From: an uncultured Paraglaciecola sp.
GTDB lineage: Bacteria > Pseudomonadota > Gammaproteobacteria > Enterobacterales > Alteromonadaceae
Length of the DNA stretch: 64,000 bases
Direction: 5' to 3'
Assembly (NCBI RefSeq): GCF_943787955.1
Contig: NZ_CALSOK010000012.1
Location: 2,619-66,618, forward strand
Within the stretch, counting starts at the first letter, position 1, and each line of letters begins with the position of its first letter. Shown in pieces: positions 1-11,455 of this stretch. Under the pieces are notes generated by a model. The model saw nothing but the letters and a program-made list of their open reading frames with translations. It did no database searches and was not told where the DNA came from. A program made the translations under genes and the position numbers.

Positions 1-990
1 CGATTACGAGCCGAGTTTCGTCTGTGGCATGAAGGTGATGAACTGCATCATGTAATGTTCGACCAAGCGACAAAACAAAAGTACCAAATCCATCACTTCC
101 CACCTGCCAGCCAACTGATTAATAATGTCATGGCAGATCTACTTTTGTTACTCAAACCAAACGACACTGCACGCAGAAAGCTGTTCCAAATTGATTACTT
201 AGCCACAATCAGTGGGGAAATTATTGCATCTTTGCTTTATCACAAAGAATTAGATGAAGCATGGACCGATGAAATGAAGAAGATTAGATTTTTGTTAAGA
301 AAAAAATACCGTATAGACATTATCGGTCGAGCAAAAAAGCAAAAGATCATCTTAGATAAAGATTATGTAACCGAAGAATTGATAATCAATCAACGCAAAT
401 TTACGTTTAAACAAATCGAAAATAGTTTTACCCAACCCAATGCACACGTCAATATTAAGATGATTGAATGGGCACTGGATATTACTCAAAATAGTCAAGG
501 AGACTTACTTGAGCTGTATTGCGGTTCGGGAAATTTTTCCGTTCCCTTAGCCCAAAATTTTGAAAAAGTCTTGGCAACTGAGATATCCAAAACCTCGGTT
601 GCAGCAGCGCAAGATAACATTGAGCAAAATAACATAGACAATCTAAAGATTGTTCGTATGTCGAGTGAAGAATTTGTCCAAGCACAACAGGGTGTGCGGA
701 AATTTCGACGTTTAGAAGGCATTAACCTAACTGAATACCAATGCAAAACAGTATTAGTAGATCCACCCCGTTCTGGCTTAGACGAAAGCACGGTGAATAT
801 GATTAGTCAGTATGAAAACATTGTGTATATTTCATGTAATCCGGATACATTAAAACTTAATTTAGATACATTGTTGAAGACACACACAATTACTCGGTTT
901 GCGTTATTTGACCAGTTTCCCTATACGCACCACACAGAATGTGGGGTTTATTTACAAAAAAGCGACTCACTCCTGGTTGCTGACAGTTAA
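1..990 (+). CDS. trmA: tRNA (uridine-54-C5)-methyltransferase; 5' end lies outside the window
   Basis: The frame is open from base 1 ([20 protein letters not shown]). Motifs [28 protein letters not shown] and [13 protein letters not shown] are typical of TrmA. Confidence 0.95.
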   Translation, partial: RLRAEFRLWHEGDELHHVMFDQATKQKYQIHHFPPASQLINNVMADLLLLLKPNDTARRKLFQIDYLATISGEIIASLLYHKELDEAWTDEMKKIRFLLRKKYRIDIIGRAKKQKIILDKDYVTEELIINQRKFTFKQIENSFTQPNAHVNIKMIEWALDITQNSQGDLLELYCGSGNFSVPLAQNFEKVLATEISKTSVAAAQDNIEQNNIDNLKIVRMSSEEFVQAQQGVRKFRRLEGINLTEYQCKTVLVDPPRSGLDESTVNMISQYENIVYISCNPDTLKLNLDTLLKTHTITRFALFDQFPYTHHTECGVYLQKSDSLLVADS

Positions 991-1598
991 TTCGAAGTTT
1001 GTTCAGCTTTGGCCTGCAATGCGCCATTAACAACAAACCTTAATTGAAGTTTGACTCTTTCTGCAACATTGGCCTTTTGCTCATCGGACGCATCTAGTGC
1101 TTCCGCTCCAGCACTAAAAACCAATTTAACCATAGCTTCAGCTTGTAAGTTAGCAATGTTATATGGCAAGCCCGTATTAGATATAGTGTAGTCAGTGAGC
1201 TCTACATTAAAATGTTTAATTTCGCGCAGCACAGCCGCTCTAAAAGCCATTGACGTACCTGTATGCTCCCGTAATAACAAACGAAAAACATTATTATTGG
1301 CAGTTATAAACTCCATAAAAGTATCCACTGAGGTATTGATCACACCGCCACCAGAAGCAATTCTCACTCTGGCTTGACGCATTAGCTGACGTAAAGCTAA
1401 ACCTGCTTCATCAACTAAAGTTAAACCTAATTCGTCGATATCTTTAAAGTGTCGGTAGAAAGAAGTGGGCGCTATACCCGCTTCTCGTGCCACTTCTCTG
1501 AGGCTAATACTTGATAAACTTCGCTGTTCATCTAAAAGTAAAAATGCTGCCTCAATAATAGAACGCCGAGTGCGTAATTTTTGTTCTTGACGGTTCAA
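987..1598 (-). CDS. fabR: TetR-family repressor of unsaturated fatty acid synthesis, FabR
   Basis: N-terminal HTH ([21 protein letters not shown]) and [19 protein letters not shown] match FabR. Convergent with trmA, as in the usual trmA-fabR arrangement. TTG start. Confidence 0.92.
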   Translation of the reverse strand: MNRQEQKLRTRRSIIEAAFLLLDEQRSLSSISLREVAREAGIAPTSFYRHFKDIDELGLTLVDEAGLALRQLMRQARVRIASGGGVINTSVDTFMEFITANNNVFRLLLREHTGTSMAFRAAVLREIKHFNVELTDYTISNTGLPYNIANLQAEAMVKLVFSAGAEALDASDEQKANVAERVKLQLRFVVNGALQAKAEQTSN

Positions 1599-1729
1599 TA
1601 GCTAAACCTAACGTTGGTGACTAATTCAGTGTGAACAGGATTCTAACGTGAAAAAAGTAAAACACATACTGAAGAAATATCACTCTAGATAAATATAGGG
1701 CTTGCGAAACGTAAAAGGCAACGTAAAAT

Positions 1730-1747
1730 AGCGTACACTTGTAAGCT
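1730..1747. promoter_or_regulatory. FabR operator
   Basis: AGCGTACACTTGTAAGCT is an 18-bp near-palindrome closely matching the E. coli fabA/fabB FabR operator (AGCGTACA-NN-TGT-NN-GCT type). It lies 18 bp upstream of the desaturase ATG. Confidence 0.8.
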
Positions 1748-1764
1748 GAACTTAATATTGCTAA

Positions 1765-2901
1765 ATGAAAAAACCACGTCTACTGCTCACAAATATATTA
1801 ATTTTTACCATAACTGGATTTATAGCTACTGTGTTAGTTCCCTTAGAGGCTTTAACAAATGGCTTTGATGCTTTTGAAATTATTGCATGTGTCGCTTTAA
1901 TTTACTTTTCAGGTATGTCGATTACTGCCGGTTATCATCGTTTATGGTCACATAAAGCATTCGAAGCCAACATGTTAGTCAAAGTGGTGTTGGCGATAGG
2001 CGGAGCAATGTCACTGCAGAATAGCATTTTGCATTGGTGTTCAGATCATCGCATTCACCACAGACATGTTGACGACAACGAACATGATCCCTACTCAGCC
2101 AAAAAAGGCTTTTGGTATTCTCATATTGGTTGGATGTTAAGAGAATATCAAACTCATCGTTATACAGATTATAGCAACTGCCGTGATCTTCAAAAAGATG
2201 CGGTAGTGATGTGGCAACATAAACACTATTTAAAGATTATGCTTGGCGCAAACTTTGGTGTTCCAGTTTTACTAGGTTGGCTAAATGGGGATATTTTGGG
2301 CATGCTCCTATTAGCAGGTGTTTTCCGCCTAGTAGTTGTTCATCATGTCACTTTTTTCATAAATTCTCTGGCTCACATATGGGGCAAGCAGCCTTACACG
2401 GATAAAAATACTGCTCGGGATAACGATATCCTAGCTTTTTTCACTTTTGGGGAGGGTTATCATAATTTTCATCATATATTTGAATATGATTATAGAAATG
2501 GCATCAAGTGGTGGCAGTTTGATCCAACAAAATGGTTAATCAAAGGCTTATCTCTCATTGGCTGGACCAGTAACCTTCGTCGTTGCCCAGAAGAAAGAAT
2601 TGAAAAAGCTAAGGTCGCCATGCAACTAAAGCTAGCTCAAGAAAAAGTATCTAATTTAGCCAATGCAGATGAGATATTAGCCAAAGTACAGATTGAATAC
2701 GAACTCTTAGCACAGCGTATGACTGACTACTATGCTGCCAAGAAACAACTAATGGCGATGAAGAAGCAAAACTTTAAACGCAGCTATGAAAACCTTGAAG
2801 TTCATTACAAGTATAAAGAATTAAAACAAAGTTTGGCCATACAAAAACAAAAATGGTTACACATCAATCAATTTGACTTTTTACCTGCCATGGCCGAATA
2901 A
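1765..2901 (+). CDS. Acyl-CoA (delta-9) fatty acid desaturase with C-terminal coiled-coil extension
   Basis: His boxes AGYHRLWSH, DHRIHHRH and GEGYHNFHH, plus transmembrane segments. Confidence 0.92.
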   Translation: MKKPRLLLTNILIFTITGFIATVLVPLEALTNGFDAFEIIACVALIYFSGMSITAGYHRLWSHKAFEANMLVKVVLAIGGAMSLQNSILHWCSDHRIHHRHVDDNEHDPYSAKKGFWYSHIGWMLREYQTHRYTDYSNCRDLQKDAVVMWQHKHYLKIMLGANFGVPVLLGWLNGDILGMLLLAGVFRLVVVHHVTFFINSLAHIWGKQPYTDKNTARDNDILAFFTFGEGYHNFHHIFEYDYRNGIKWWQFDPTKWLIKGLSLIGWTSNLRRCPEERIEKAKVAMQLKLAQEKVSNLANADEILAKVQIEYELLAQRMTDYYAAKKQLMAMKKQNFKRSYENLEVHYKYKELKQSLAIQKQKWLHINQFDFLPAMAE

Positions 2902-2922
2902 CCGGAAGATAATACAACTTTC

Positions 2923-2945
2923 AGGCCTCATTTTGAGGCCTTTTT
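2923..2945 (+). terminator. Rho-independent terminator
   Basis: AGGCCTCA-TTT-TGAGGCCT hairpin followed by a T run, 22 bp after the desaturase stop. Confidence 0.8.
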
Positions 2946-3191
2946 CTTGCCTATAAACTGATTTTAAGAGTGCGATAATTAGCAAAGTGGACATTACCTC
3001 TAAGACTTGTCCTTTAACTGATTGCGCAGGGACGAAATTGGTTTATTACAAGTTCACCACTACGGGTGCTGGATTATGTAAATTGTTAACCCGAAAACAA
3101 CAAACCATTCATACTAATTCGCTCAGGGAAGTATTAAATAGTATTTTTAATATCCACTAAATAATTTTTAGAATATGAATGCGGAAAATCA

Positions 3192-4061
3192 CTAAATTCC
3201 ATCACCAAATTCATGTAAACCACATTCTCTTTTTAATCCGAAGAAACGAGTATCTTGTTCATTCATACCTTCTTCCAAAGAGCGAGTACTGTGCCAATCA
3301 CCTATGGATACATAACCTTTTTCCCACAAAGGATGGTACGGCAGATTATGTTTTTTTAAATATAAATGCACATCCTTGTTCGACCAATCAATAATAGGAT
3401 AAATCTTATACTGATTTTTCAACTGCTGCACAACAGGTAAGGTTTCTCGCATGTCAGACTGACTGCGGCGCAATCCAGCAAACCAACTTTTTATTTGCAG
3501 GTCGTTTAACGCTTTTTGCATTGGCTCAACTTTATTCAATGCATTGTATCTTTCTATACCTTCTAAGCCATGCTCCCACAATTTCCCCATACGGGCTTCT
3601 TGCCATGCAGAGGAAGTATCCGAGCGATAAACCTTGAGGTTAAGGTTGAGACGTTCTGTTAACTTATCAACAAACTGATAAGTTTCAGAAAACAAATAAC
3701 CTGTATCTGTTAGTACTACTGGTACACCAGGGTATTGCTGAGTAACCATATGTAACATCACAGCGGCTTGCGCACCAAAACTTGATGACAACATAAAGTT
3801 GTGAGGTAGGTGTTCTAAAGCCCAAGCAATACGTTGTGAAGCAGACTGTTTTTCTAAGGCGATATTAGTTTGCACCAATTCGTCGCCTGAAATACTTAGA
3901 TCTGCACTGTCTGCACTTTCTGTACTTTCTGTACTTTCTGCACTTTCTGCACTGTCTGAACTGTCTGTACTTTCTGTACTGTCTGAACTGTCTGTACTGT
4001 CTATACTGTCTATACTGTCTGTAATGACTATATTGTTAGATTGAGTAGCTTGGGTCATCAT
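3192..4061 (-). CDS. cysH: Phosphoadenosine phosphosulfate (PAPS) reductase with a repetitive acidic Ser-rich N-terminal insert
   Basis: Motifs [36 protein letters not shown] and KRECGLH. The likely start is ATG at 4061 or 4058, overlapping the cysI 3' end. Confidence 0.93.
   Translation of the reverse strand: MMTQATQSNNIVITDSIDSIDSTDSSDSTESTDSSDSAESAESTESTESADSADLSISGDELVQTNIALEKQSASQRIAWALEHLPHNFMLSSSFGAQAAVMLHMVTQQYPGVPVVLTDTGYLFSETYQFVDKLTERLNLNLKVYRSDTSSAWQEARMGKLWEHGLEGIERYNALNKVEPMQKALNDLQIKSWFAGLRRSQSDMRETLPVVQQLKNQYKIYPIIDWSNKDVHLYLKKHNLPYHPLWEKGYVSIGDWHSTRSLEEGMNEQDTRFFGLKRECGLHEFGDGI
3901..4017. repeat. 9-bp in-frame tandem repeat, 13 units (TCTGYACTK consensus on +)
   Basis: Read directly from the sequence. 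Encodes (D/E)S(I/T/S/A) x13 at the CysH N-terminus. Confidence 0.95.
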
Positions 4062-5766
4062 AAAAGTCCTTGGCTGAGTCAAGAACAGGTTTAACCACTT
4101 GTGCTCTGATAACAAAATCACCAAAAGCTTCGTCAGCATCACGTTCTTTAGACCAGCGGGCTATTAAGCAGTCTAACTCGCGCATGATTTCTTTTTCATC
4201 GATATTTTCACGGTACATTCTAGGGATCCGTGTACCTTGACGGTCACCACCTAAATGGAAGTTGTATTTTCCAGGGCCTTTGCCCACTAAGCCAACTTCT
4301 GCCAACATAGACCGGCCACAACCATTAGGACAACCGGTCACACGGTAGATGATACTTTCATCCTGCATGCCATGCTTGGCTAATAGCCCTTCAATCTCTG
4401 TCACTGCATCAGGTAAATAACGTTCTGCTTCAGCCATCGCTAATGGGCATGTTGGCAAAGACACGCAGGCCATCGAATCTTTGCGCTGCAAACTCACATC
4501 ATCAGCCATGAGCCCGTGCTCACGTGCTAGCTGTTCAATCTGCGATTTTTGCTCAGCGGGTACACCAGCCACTATCAAATTCTGATTTGCCGTTAGGCGA
4601 AAATCACCCATGTGTATTTTTGCAATTTCAGCACAACCGGTTTTCAGTGTTTTGCCCGGATAGTCTAAAATACGGCCGTTTTCGATAAACAAGGTAAGGT
4701 GGTGTTTGCCATCTAACCCTTCAACCCAACCAATGCGATCACCGCGTGAAGTAAATTCATACGGTCGACTTTTTGCAAAACTAATTTCTGAGCGTTTTTC
4801 TACTTCCGCTTTAAAATTTTCGACACCTACACGTTCTAAGGTATATTTAGTTTTCGCATTTTTGCGATTAACACGGTTCCCCCAGTCACGTTGAGTAGAC
4901 ACCACCGCTGCTGCTACCGCCAAAGTATGTTCTAAACTAATATAACCAAAGTCATCTGCTTTGCGTGGGAAAGTAGAAGTATCACCATGAGTCATGGCTA
5001 AGCCCCCACCAACCAAGACATTAAAACCAACCAACTTGCCATTTTCGGCAATAGCCACAAAATTTAAATCATTAGCGTGGACATCTACATCATTTTGCGG
5101 CGGAATAACCACTGTTGTCTTAAACTTACGAGGTAAGTAGTTATTACCTAGGATAGGCTCTACTTCAGTTGTTTCTGATTTTTCGCCATCAAGCCAGATT
5201 TCTGCATAGGCACGTGTTTTAGGCAGTAAATGTTCACTGATTTTTTTCGCCCACTCGTACGCTTCTTGATGTACTTCAGACTCTACCGGGTTAGATGTAC
5301 ACAACACATTACGGTTTACATCCCCAGCAGTCGCAATAGAATCAACACCAACCTGATTAAGCATTTGATGCATAGATTTCACATTAGGTTTTAATACCCC
5401 ATGGAACTGAAAAGTTTGACGGGTAGTTAAACGAATACTGCCGTAGATACTTTTTTCTTCAGCAAACTTATCAATAGCCAGCCACTGCTGCGTACTAATA
5501 ATGCCTCCAGGTAACCGAGCTCTTAACATTACATTTTGAAGTGGTTCTAACTTTTGCTTAGCACGCTCTGCACGAATATCGCGGTCGTCTTGCTGATACA
5601 TACCATGGAAACGAATAAGCTGGAAGTTATCGCCAACAAAGGCACCGGTTAAATCATCAGTCAAATTTTCTGCGATGGTTCCACGCAACAAGTTACTTTG
5701 GTCTTTCAAACGTTCGTTATCAGCTAGCTTGCCTTCAACGACGAAATTTTTGTGGTCTTTACTCAT
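4036..5766 (-). CDS. cysI: Assimilatory sulfite reductase (NADPH) hemoprotein subunit
   Basis: [14 protein letters not shown], plus siroheme/4Fe-4S motifs [13 protein letters not shown] and TGCPNGCGR. Confidence 0.97.
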   Translation of the reverse strand: MSKDHKNFVVEGKLADNERLKDQSNLLRGTIAENLTDDLTGAFVGDNFQLIRFHGMYQQDDRDIRAERAKQKLEPLQNVMLRARLPGGIISTQQWLAIDKFAEEKSIYGSIRLTTRQTFQFHGVLKPNVKSMHQMLNQVGVDSIATAGDVNRNVLCTSNPVESEVHQEAYEWAKKISEHLLPKTRAYAEIWLDGEKSETTEVEPILGNNYLPRKFKTTVVIPPQNDVDVHANDLNFVAIAENGKLVGFNVLVGGGLAMTHGDTSTFPRKADDFGYISLEHTLAVAAAVVSTQRDWGNRVNRKNAKTKYTLERVGVENFKAEVEKRSEISFAKSRPYEFTSRGDRIGWVEGLDGKHHLTLFIENGRILDYPGKTLKTGCAEIAKIHMGDFRLTANQNLIVAGVPAEQKSQIEQLAREHGLMADDVSLQRKDSMACVSLPTCPLAMAEAERYLPDAVTEIEGLLAKHGMQDESIIYRVTGCPNGCGRSMLAEVGLVGKGPGKYNFHLGGDRQGTRIPRMYRENIDEKEIMRELDCLIARWSKERDADEAFGDFVIRAQVVKPVLDSAKDFYDDPSYSI

Positions 5767-7574
5767 TAGTAAACGTCCTTTTGATAACGTTTGGCACGAC
5801 GCAAGTCAGAAATATACTGTTCGGCTTGTTCATCACTTTTTGCACCATGGGCAATCACAATTTGAACTAAAGCGTCTTGCACATCTTTGGCCATATGGTT
5901 GGCGTCGCCACATACATAAATGTGTGCACCTTGCTCAAGCCATTGATAAATCTCAGCGCCTTGTTCAAGCATTCTATGCTGCACATAAACTTTTTGCTCT
6001 TGATCTCTAGAAAATGCCAAGCTGACTTTATTTAATACCCCATCTTTAACAAAACGCTGCCATTCAGTTTGATACAAAAAGTCCTGCGTATAATTAGGAT
6101 TACCAAAAAACAACCAGTTCTCACCACTTGCTTCTTCAGCTTCACGTTGTTGCATGAAAGCTCTAAAGGGTGCGATACCTGTGCCGGGCCCAATCATTAT
6201 AACGGGTGTATTGCCATCATCTGGCAAGCGGAAATTGTCGTTTTTCTCAACAAACACATTGACTTCACCACCTTCATCTAAACGAGTAGATAAAAAGCTT
6301 GAGGCACCACCTTGATGGGCATACCCGTGGGCGTCGTACTCAACTAAAGCAACGGTTAAGTGCACTTCATCTTCCACTTCTGCTTGACTAGAAGCAATAG
6401 AGTAGAGTCGTGGTGTTATCATTCTTAAGGTATCAACAAACTCCTGAGCATTGAGCTTAGCTGGATACTGTCGAACAACATCGATTATTTGACGCTGAGA
6501 CAGATATTCACGCAATACAGACTTATCATCCAACAGTGCATTGAGTTCAATATTGTTTGCGTATTTAGCATATTTTGTGACAAAAGTCGGATAGCTTTGA
6601 GTTAATTCTAATTTATTGATTAAAGCGTCGTTAAAATTGTAATCATCACCTGACCAATTTACTGAGGTATCACCTTGTAAACCAAGTAAAGTAGTTATCT
6701 CATCAACTAGGTTTATATCATTTTTAAACCACACACCTAACGCATCACCTGGGCGGTATTGAATACCAGAATTTTCAAGGGATATCTCAATATGACGGAT
6801 ATCCTTAACTGAATCTCGGCCAGTAATTTTTTGGCTTTCAAGCAGGGTTGCAGTATATGGCAATTTTTTAGTGTATTGACTGGCAACTGCAGCACTAGGG
6901 TGCATATTCAAGGATGGAATAACAGACTGGGAACTCTTTGCACTCAACTCATCTTTTACTTGATGTGTGATGGTGTCGAACCAAGCCGCTACATCTGCGT
7001 CGTAATCAACGTCACAATCAACCCGGTCAGTAATTCTGGTCGCGCCCAAGTCTTGTAAACGTTTGTCAAAGTCTTTCGCTGTTTGGCAGAAAAACTCGTA
7101 ACTTGTGTCACCTAAGCCCAACACAGCAAAGTTTAAATCATTAAGTTTAGGCGCTTTTTTTCCAGCTAAAAAGCTGTGTAGTGCCACAGCATCATCTGGC
7201 GCTTCGCCAATACCGTGGGTACTGACAATAATGACTACATGACTTTCTGTTTTTAGTTGCTTCTGCTTATAGTCAGCCATGCTAACTATTGTAGCAGGGA
7301 TATTTAGCGCATCTAATTTGGCTTTAAATTCCTGTGCCACAGATTTGGCGTTACCCGTTTGCGAACCATATAAGATAGTTAAAGACTTAGCATGGCTGCT
7401 ATCGGGTTGAGCTAAAACAGTAGATTGGCCTGTTTGCGCCATCCCAGCTAAGTAGCCACTCAACCAAGTTAGTTGTTGTGGATTGAGTGAGGCCGTTGCC
7501 TGATGAATTTGAGTCCACTGGTTTTCATTTAAACCTGCGGCAAGCCCAGTGGCTTGATTTATTACTGAAGACAT
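5766..7574 (-). CDS. cysJ: Assimilatory sulfite reductase flavoprotein subunit
   Basis: Flavodoxin motif [30 protein letters not shown], and C-terminal RYQKDVY. Confidence 0.97.
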   Translation of the reverse strand: MSSVINQATGLAAGLNENQWTQIHQATASLNPQQLTWLSGYLAGMAQTGQSTVLAQPDSSHAKSLTILYGSQTGNAKSVAQEFKAKLDALNIPATIVSMADYKQKQLKTESHVVIIVSTHGIGEAPDDAVALHSFLAGKKAPKLNDLNFAVLGLGDTSYEFFCQTAKDFDKRLQDLGATRITDRVDCDVDYDADVAAWFDTITHQVKDELSAKSSQSVIPSLNMHPSAAVASQYTKKLPYTATLLESQKITGRDSVKDIRHIEISLENSGIQYRPGDALGVWFKNDINLVDEITTLLGLQGDTSVNWSGDDYNFNDALINKLELTQSYPTFVTKYAKYANNIELNALLDDKSVLREYLSQRQIIDVVRQYPAKLNAQEFVDTLRMITPRLYSIASSQAEVEDEVHLTVALVEYDAHGYAHQGGASSFLSTRLDEGGEVNVFVEKNDNFRLPDDGNTPVIMIGPGTGIAPFRAFMQQREAEEASGENWLFFGNPNYTQDFLYQTEWQRFVKDGVLNKVSLAFSRDQEQKVYVQHRMLEQGAEIYQWLEQGAHIYVCGDANHMAKDVQDALVQIVIAHGAKSDEQAEQYISDLRRAKRYQKDVY

Positions 7575-7672
7575 ATAATCGCTAATCGTTGTGAATACAA
7601 CTATAGATTAGCGACACATGTTCATAACCGGAAAGAATAAAAAATAATTTTTTATAACCAAATTAAATTAAA

Positions 7673-8422
7673 TTAAAAATGCACCTCTAATCCAGCGTAT
7701 ATCCCCTTAAATTCAAGATCTGAATAAATGTCATCTAAATCATCTAAATCCAATGTTACAGCTCGATAACCAAGATGTAACGTCAAATCTATTGCAAGGT
7801 TGCCCATCAAGCTATAAGTTATCGCAGCTTGATAATCTGATATTGTATGATCGTCAATACTTAAGAAACTACCTTCTACAAATGCACCAAAACCAGTAAA
7901 TGGAACACCAACAGCCAGCCTAGAATAAACCATAGGAACTGGTCCAGAAAACTCTTCTCTACCTGTTTCACCATCAACTGTGGCCAAAAACTCCCCATCA
8001 ATATGTTTTGCATTGAGGCCAACATCGAAACTAACTAAATCATTATCAAACAATTCGTAATATAAAATGAAATCGGTAGTTGTTAATGATACATCTGTAA
8101 AAGCATTACCATTAGCAGCAAAAACTTTGTCACCCAATGTAAACTGAGCGTCCAATATGACATCACCTTGGGTATCCATAGCAGTTCTTTGCACTTTAAC
8201 ATTTGGGATCAGCGGAATAGGATGTTCAAAAGCCACATACAGATTTGTATTTGTTTGCTTTTCGAAATTAAACTCAGTATTACTTCCGTCATTTGAAAAC
8301 CCGCCTGAAGTTTCCATATTCCAAGCTTGCGCACCGGCATATAGCCCAAGTAAAGTGTCAGCTTGGCTGGTAAAACTTACACATAATGCTAATAATCCTA
8401 GAGATAGTGTGTTTTTTTTCAT
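7673..8422 (-). CDS. Outer membrane beta-barrel protein, TIGR04219 family
   Basis: Signal peptide, ADTLLGLYAGAQAW, FEHPIPLIPN, and a C-terminal Phe. The family was recognised from motifs. Confidence 0.75.
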   Translation of the reverse strand: MKKNTLSLGLLALCVSFTSQADTLLGLYAGAQAWNMETSGGFSNDGSNTEFNFEKQTNTNLYVAFEHPIPLIPNVKVQRTAMDTQGDVILDAQFTLGDKVFAANGNAFTDVSLTTTDFILYYELFDNDLVSFDVGLNAKHIDGEFLATVDGETGREEFSGPVPMVYSRLAVGVPFTGFGAFVEGSFLSIDDHTISDYQAAITYSLMGNLAIDLTLHLGYRAVTLDLDDLDDIYSDLEFKGIYAGLEVHF

Positions 8423-8425
8423 TAT

Positions 8426-9418
8426 TTAACCTTGATTCAACAATTCGCTTAATTCAATTAGAGCAGCATTTGCACGAGAAATATAGTTTGCCATCACCAA
8501 CGAATGATTAGCTAACGTACCAAATCCACTGCCATTTAATATAATCGGGCTCCATAAAGATTCTTGCGTTGCCTCCAATTCACGAATTATTTGTTGCAGG
8601 CTAATCGTGGCATTTTTCTTCTCAAGTACATCTGCAAAATCCACTTCCACTGCTTTTAAAAAATGTATCAATGCCCAGCTGGCGCCCCTGGCTTCATAAA
8701 AATTATCGTCTAACTGCCACCAGCTGGTTTTTTCAGTCAGTCTATTTGCCGTTGGCGTAGACTGAATAGCTTGAGCATCACCTGCTAGGCTTGTATCAAG
8801 ACGCTCTTGACCAACACTGGCACTCAATCGTTGTGAAAAACTACCTAAACGTTTCTCCAGCTGTTTCAGCCAATCTCTTAAATTATCGGCCCGAGCATAG
8901 AATTGTCCCTGTTGTTGGCGGCTATCAGACAAGCTACTTCTGTAAGCATATAAATTATCAATGCCTTCTTGATACTTGGACTCAGCTGAAGGCAATAACC
9001 AGCTTAAACTGTCTATATTGAACTGAGGTTGGGCTTTGGTTAAAAAAGGATTTTCTAACGATTGACTCTGTGAACGACTAAAATCTTGACGCATCGCTAG
9101 GGCCAAATCTCGCGTCATTTCTAAAGCACCAAACTCCCAGCTAGGCATATTGTCCATCATGACACTAGGTGGCAACACATCATTTGACAAATATCCACCA
9201 GACTTGTTTAGCAAGGTCTCGCTGACTTTAATTAAACTAGTAGTAATGGTGTAACCAGCGACAACAGACTCATTTCTCTGGCTAGCTTGCTGCTGGGCAA
9301 GTAGCTCAGGTTCAAATAAATCAGGCTCAAAGCTCCAAAATACTGACAAAATCCATAACAAGAAAATAAATAGTACGGCGGTGCTAAATAGCCATTTTGG
9401 TGCAAGGTATTGTTTCAT
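8426..9418 (-). CDS. DUF2333 family protein
   Basis: N-terminal TM segment, MDNMPSWEFGAL, DNFYEARG and SPIILNGSGFG. Confidence 0.8.
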   Translation of the reverse strand: MKQYLAPKWLFSTAVLFIFLLWILSVFWSFEPDLFEPELLAQQQASQRNESVVAGYTITTSLIKVSETLLNKSGGYLSNDVLPPSVMMDNMPSWEFGALEMTRDLALAMRQDFSRSQSQSLENPFLTKAQPQFNIDSLSWLLPSAESKYQEGIDNLYAYRSSLSDSRQQQGQFYARADNLRDWLKQLEKRLGSFSQRLSASVGQERLDTSLAGDAQAIQSTPTANRLTEKTSWWQLDDNFYEARGASWALIHFLKAVEVDFADVLEKKNATISLQQIIRELEATQESLWSPIILNGSGFGTLANHSLVMANYISRANAALIELSELLNQG

Positions 9419-9426
9419 GTTTTTCC

Positions 9427-9858
9427 CTAATGATGTTTGTGCACAGACGGCCCGGCGACCTTGGCCGAGATGATAATGGACTCACCGTCTTTGGTCTGTA
9501 AACTGATGGCTACAGACTCTCCTTCTGATAAGGGTTGTTTCAGCCCAAATAACATAATGTGTAGGCCACCGGGAGCAAACTGCACGGTCTGACCTGATTT
9601 AATAACGACCTCTGACTGTTGCTCCATTCGCATCATGTCATTCACCATTATATGATTATGAATTTCTGCTTTAGTAGCAAAATCCGCCGAAGCACCAATC
9701 AAAATTTGGGTGGTGTCCGAGCTGTTTTGAATAGAAAAATATGCCGCTGTGTTAGGTACACCAGGAGGCAGTAGTCTGACAGTTGCGTCTGTGACTATTA
9801 CTTCAGCGTGAATAACACCCGTTACTAAACTACACAGCAATACAAATAATCGAAACAT
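9427..9858 (-). CDS. Periplasmic copper chaperone, PCu(A)C family
   Basis: Signal peptide, AEIHNH..MMRM, and PGGLHIML copper-binding motif. Confidence 0.9.
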   Translation of the reverse strand: MFRLFVLLCSLVTGVIHAEVIVTDATVRLLPPGVPNTAAYFSIQNSSDTTQILIGASADFATKAEIHNHIMVNDMMRMEQQSEVVIKSGQTVQFAPGGLHIMLFGLKQPLSEGESVAISLQTKDGESIIISAKVAGPSVHKHH

Positions 9859-9956
9859 AAATCACCCACGTATAAAAATTGTCTCTGATTATTCAGTAAT
9901 TTTAATTAAGATACCATCCATTAAGCACAAAAGTTTGACCTAGGTCGTTGATAACA

Positions 9957-10289
9957 TTAATGGGCAGATGTCTGCTTGTCTCTCACTAAAAGAAAAATCA
10001 CTAAGGTAAATAAGATAACCGGCCAAAATACACTTAGACCGGCAACAAACAAACCAATTCCTGCGGTAATAAAGGCGAAAGCAATAGCAGTAAAAAGGCT
10101 AAATGCGATGATAAAACCCACTACAACCAATATAGCTAGCACGCCTGTTAGTGCGATAATGGAAGTGATAGGTTCAACATCATGCTTTGCAAAGGAAATA
10201 TGCAAATCTAACCACTAGGTTACTAAGTGACCCAGGCTGTACGTCAATACCATCGATATCAACACAGCTAGGGTTATGTTTTTAAACAT
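9957..10289 (-). pseudogene. Small membrane protein of the pspA-pspC operon with an in-frame TAG
   Basis: ATG at 10289 follows an AAGGGA RBS. It reads MFKNITLAVLISMVLTYSLGHLVT, then TAG (10217-10215), then continues in frame (WLDLHISFAKHDVEP...) to 9957. Confidence 0.7.
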
Positions 10290-10299
10290 GATGCATCCC

Positions 10300-10500
10300 T
10301 TATTTGTTTGGGATCAGGATTGTGGCAGTAATATAAGCGATAGCAGTGATGGTAGGCAGTGCGATTAAACAGACTACAGCCGCTACGCGAACTAACAACC
10401 TAGGTACGCTCCAATGTTTCGCTAAACCGGCACATACACCTGACACTTTTCGATGTATTGAATCTTTGTATAATCTATTTACTTCAAAATAACGACTCAT
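10300..10500 (-). CDS. pspC: PspC domain-containing protein
   Basis: RLYKDSIHRKVSGVCAGLAKHW...AYITATILIP is the PspC domain. Confidence 0.85.
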   Translation of the reverse strand: MSRYFEVNRLYKDSIHRKVSGVCAGLAKHWSVPRLLVRVAAVVCLIALPTITAIAYITATILIPNK

Positions 10501-10576
10501 GTTTTTCTCCTATGACTTCAAGTTTCTGCAGCTAGCGACAGTGGTGGTGCGCCACTAGCGAATGGGCAAATCAACA

Positions 10577-11236
10577 CTAAGCAACCTTTGAACGCAATGC
10601 TTCTAGCTCTTGCTCAATTTGACTCTCAGATTCAAGTTGATTGAACTGTGCATGTAAGCCTGTTGACTCATCCACTAAATCATAAGCGTCAACTTGTGAC
10701 TCTAGATCATCAATTCGGCGCTCATATTGCTCAAACCGGATAATTGCATCATCAATCTTCACTGAATGAGCTTTATTCTTAATGGTCATGCGCACGGCTA
10801 CCGAACGCTCTCTAATAATCAGAGATTTTTGTTTAGCTCGGGCTTCCACTAGTTTGTCTTGCAATTTGCCCATGTCAGCTTGTAATTTAGATAGCGATTC
10901 TTCAACCACATTTAGCTCATCAGTTAAAGCTGATAATTTTTGCTGACTATGGTGCTTTTCAACCAATGCGGCTCTAGCCAAATCTTCACGATCTTTCTCT
11001 ACCGCCAAGGCCGCCTTTGCCTGCCATGCATTGATCTGTTGTTGCAATTTGTCCACTTGGCGCTGTACCTGCTTTTTTTCAGCTAGGTGAGTGGCCGCCA
11101 CTGAGCGTAACTCCACTAAGGTTTCTTCCATTTCTTGGATCAGTAACTTAATCACTTTTGCAGGCTCTTCTGCCTTATCTAAGATGGCATTGATATTGGC
11201 TTGTATTATGTCTGACACTCTCGAAAACATACCCAT
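10577..11236 (-). CDS. pspA: Phage shock protein A (PspA/IM30 family)
   Basis: MGMFSRVSDIIQANINAILDKAEEP, coiled coil, REDLARAAL and FEQYERRID. Confidence 0.92.
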   Translation of the reverse strand: MGMFSRVSDIIQANINAILDKAEEPAKVIKLLIQEMEETLVELRSVAATHLAEKKQVQRQVDKLQQQINAWQAKAALAVEKDREDLARAALVEKHHSQQKLSALTDELNVVEESLSKLQADMGKLQDKLVEARAKQKSLIIRERSVAVRMTIKNKAHSVKIDDAIIRFEQYERRIDDLESQVDAYDLVDESTGLHAQFNQLESESQIEQELEALRSKVA

Positions 11237-11308
11237 GTTGATTTCTCCAATAAAATTAATAAATTTCCTGCTGGGCTATTCCAGCACTACCAGTACTAAC
11301 AACGCTAT

Positions 11309-11325
11309 TACAAGTGTTGTGCCAA
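11309..11325 (-). promoter_or_regulatory. Sigma-54 promoter of pspA
   Basis: TTGGCACAACACTTGTA on the minus strand matches TGGCAC-N5-TTGC with one mismatch at -12. Confidence 0.7.
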
Positions 11326-11418
11326 TTTAACAAGATAGGGTAAGCAATTGATTAAATTGAGTTTTTAATTAATTATGCAATACTTAACTATTTGAAAATC
11401 TCGAGCTAACTTAACAAT

Positions 11419-11455
11419 TTAGTCAAAAAGACTAAGTAGTTAGCGAAAATCACAA
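11419..11455. promoter_or_regulatory. Two putative PspF upstream activating sites
   Basis: Palindrome TTAGTC-AAAAA-GACTAA (11419-11435) and AGTTAGCGAAAATCACAA (11438-11455), which resembles the E. coli pspA UAS. They lie about 100 bp upstream of the sigma-54 site. Confidence 0.55.
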
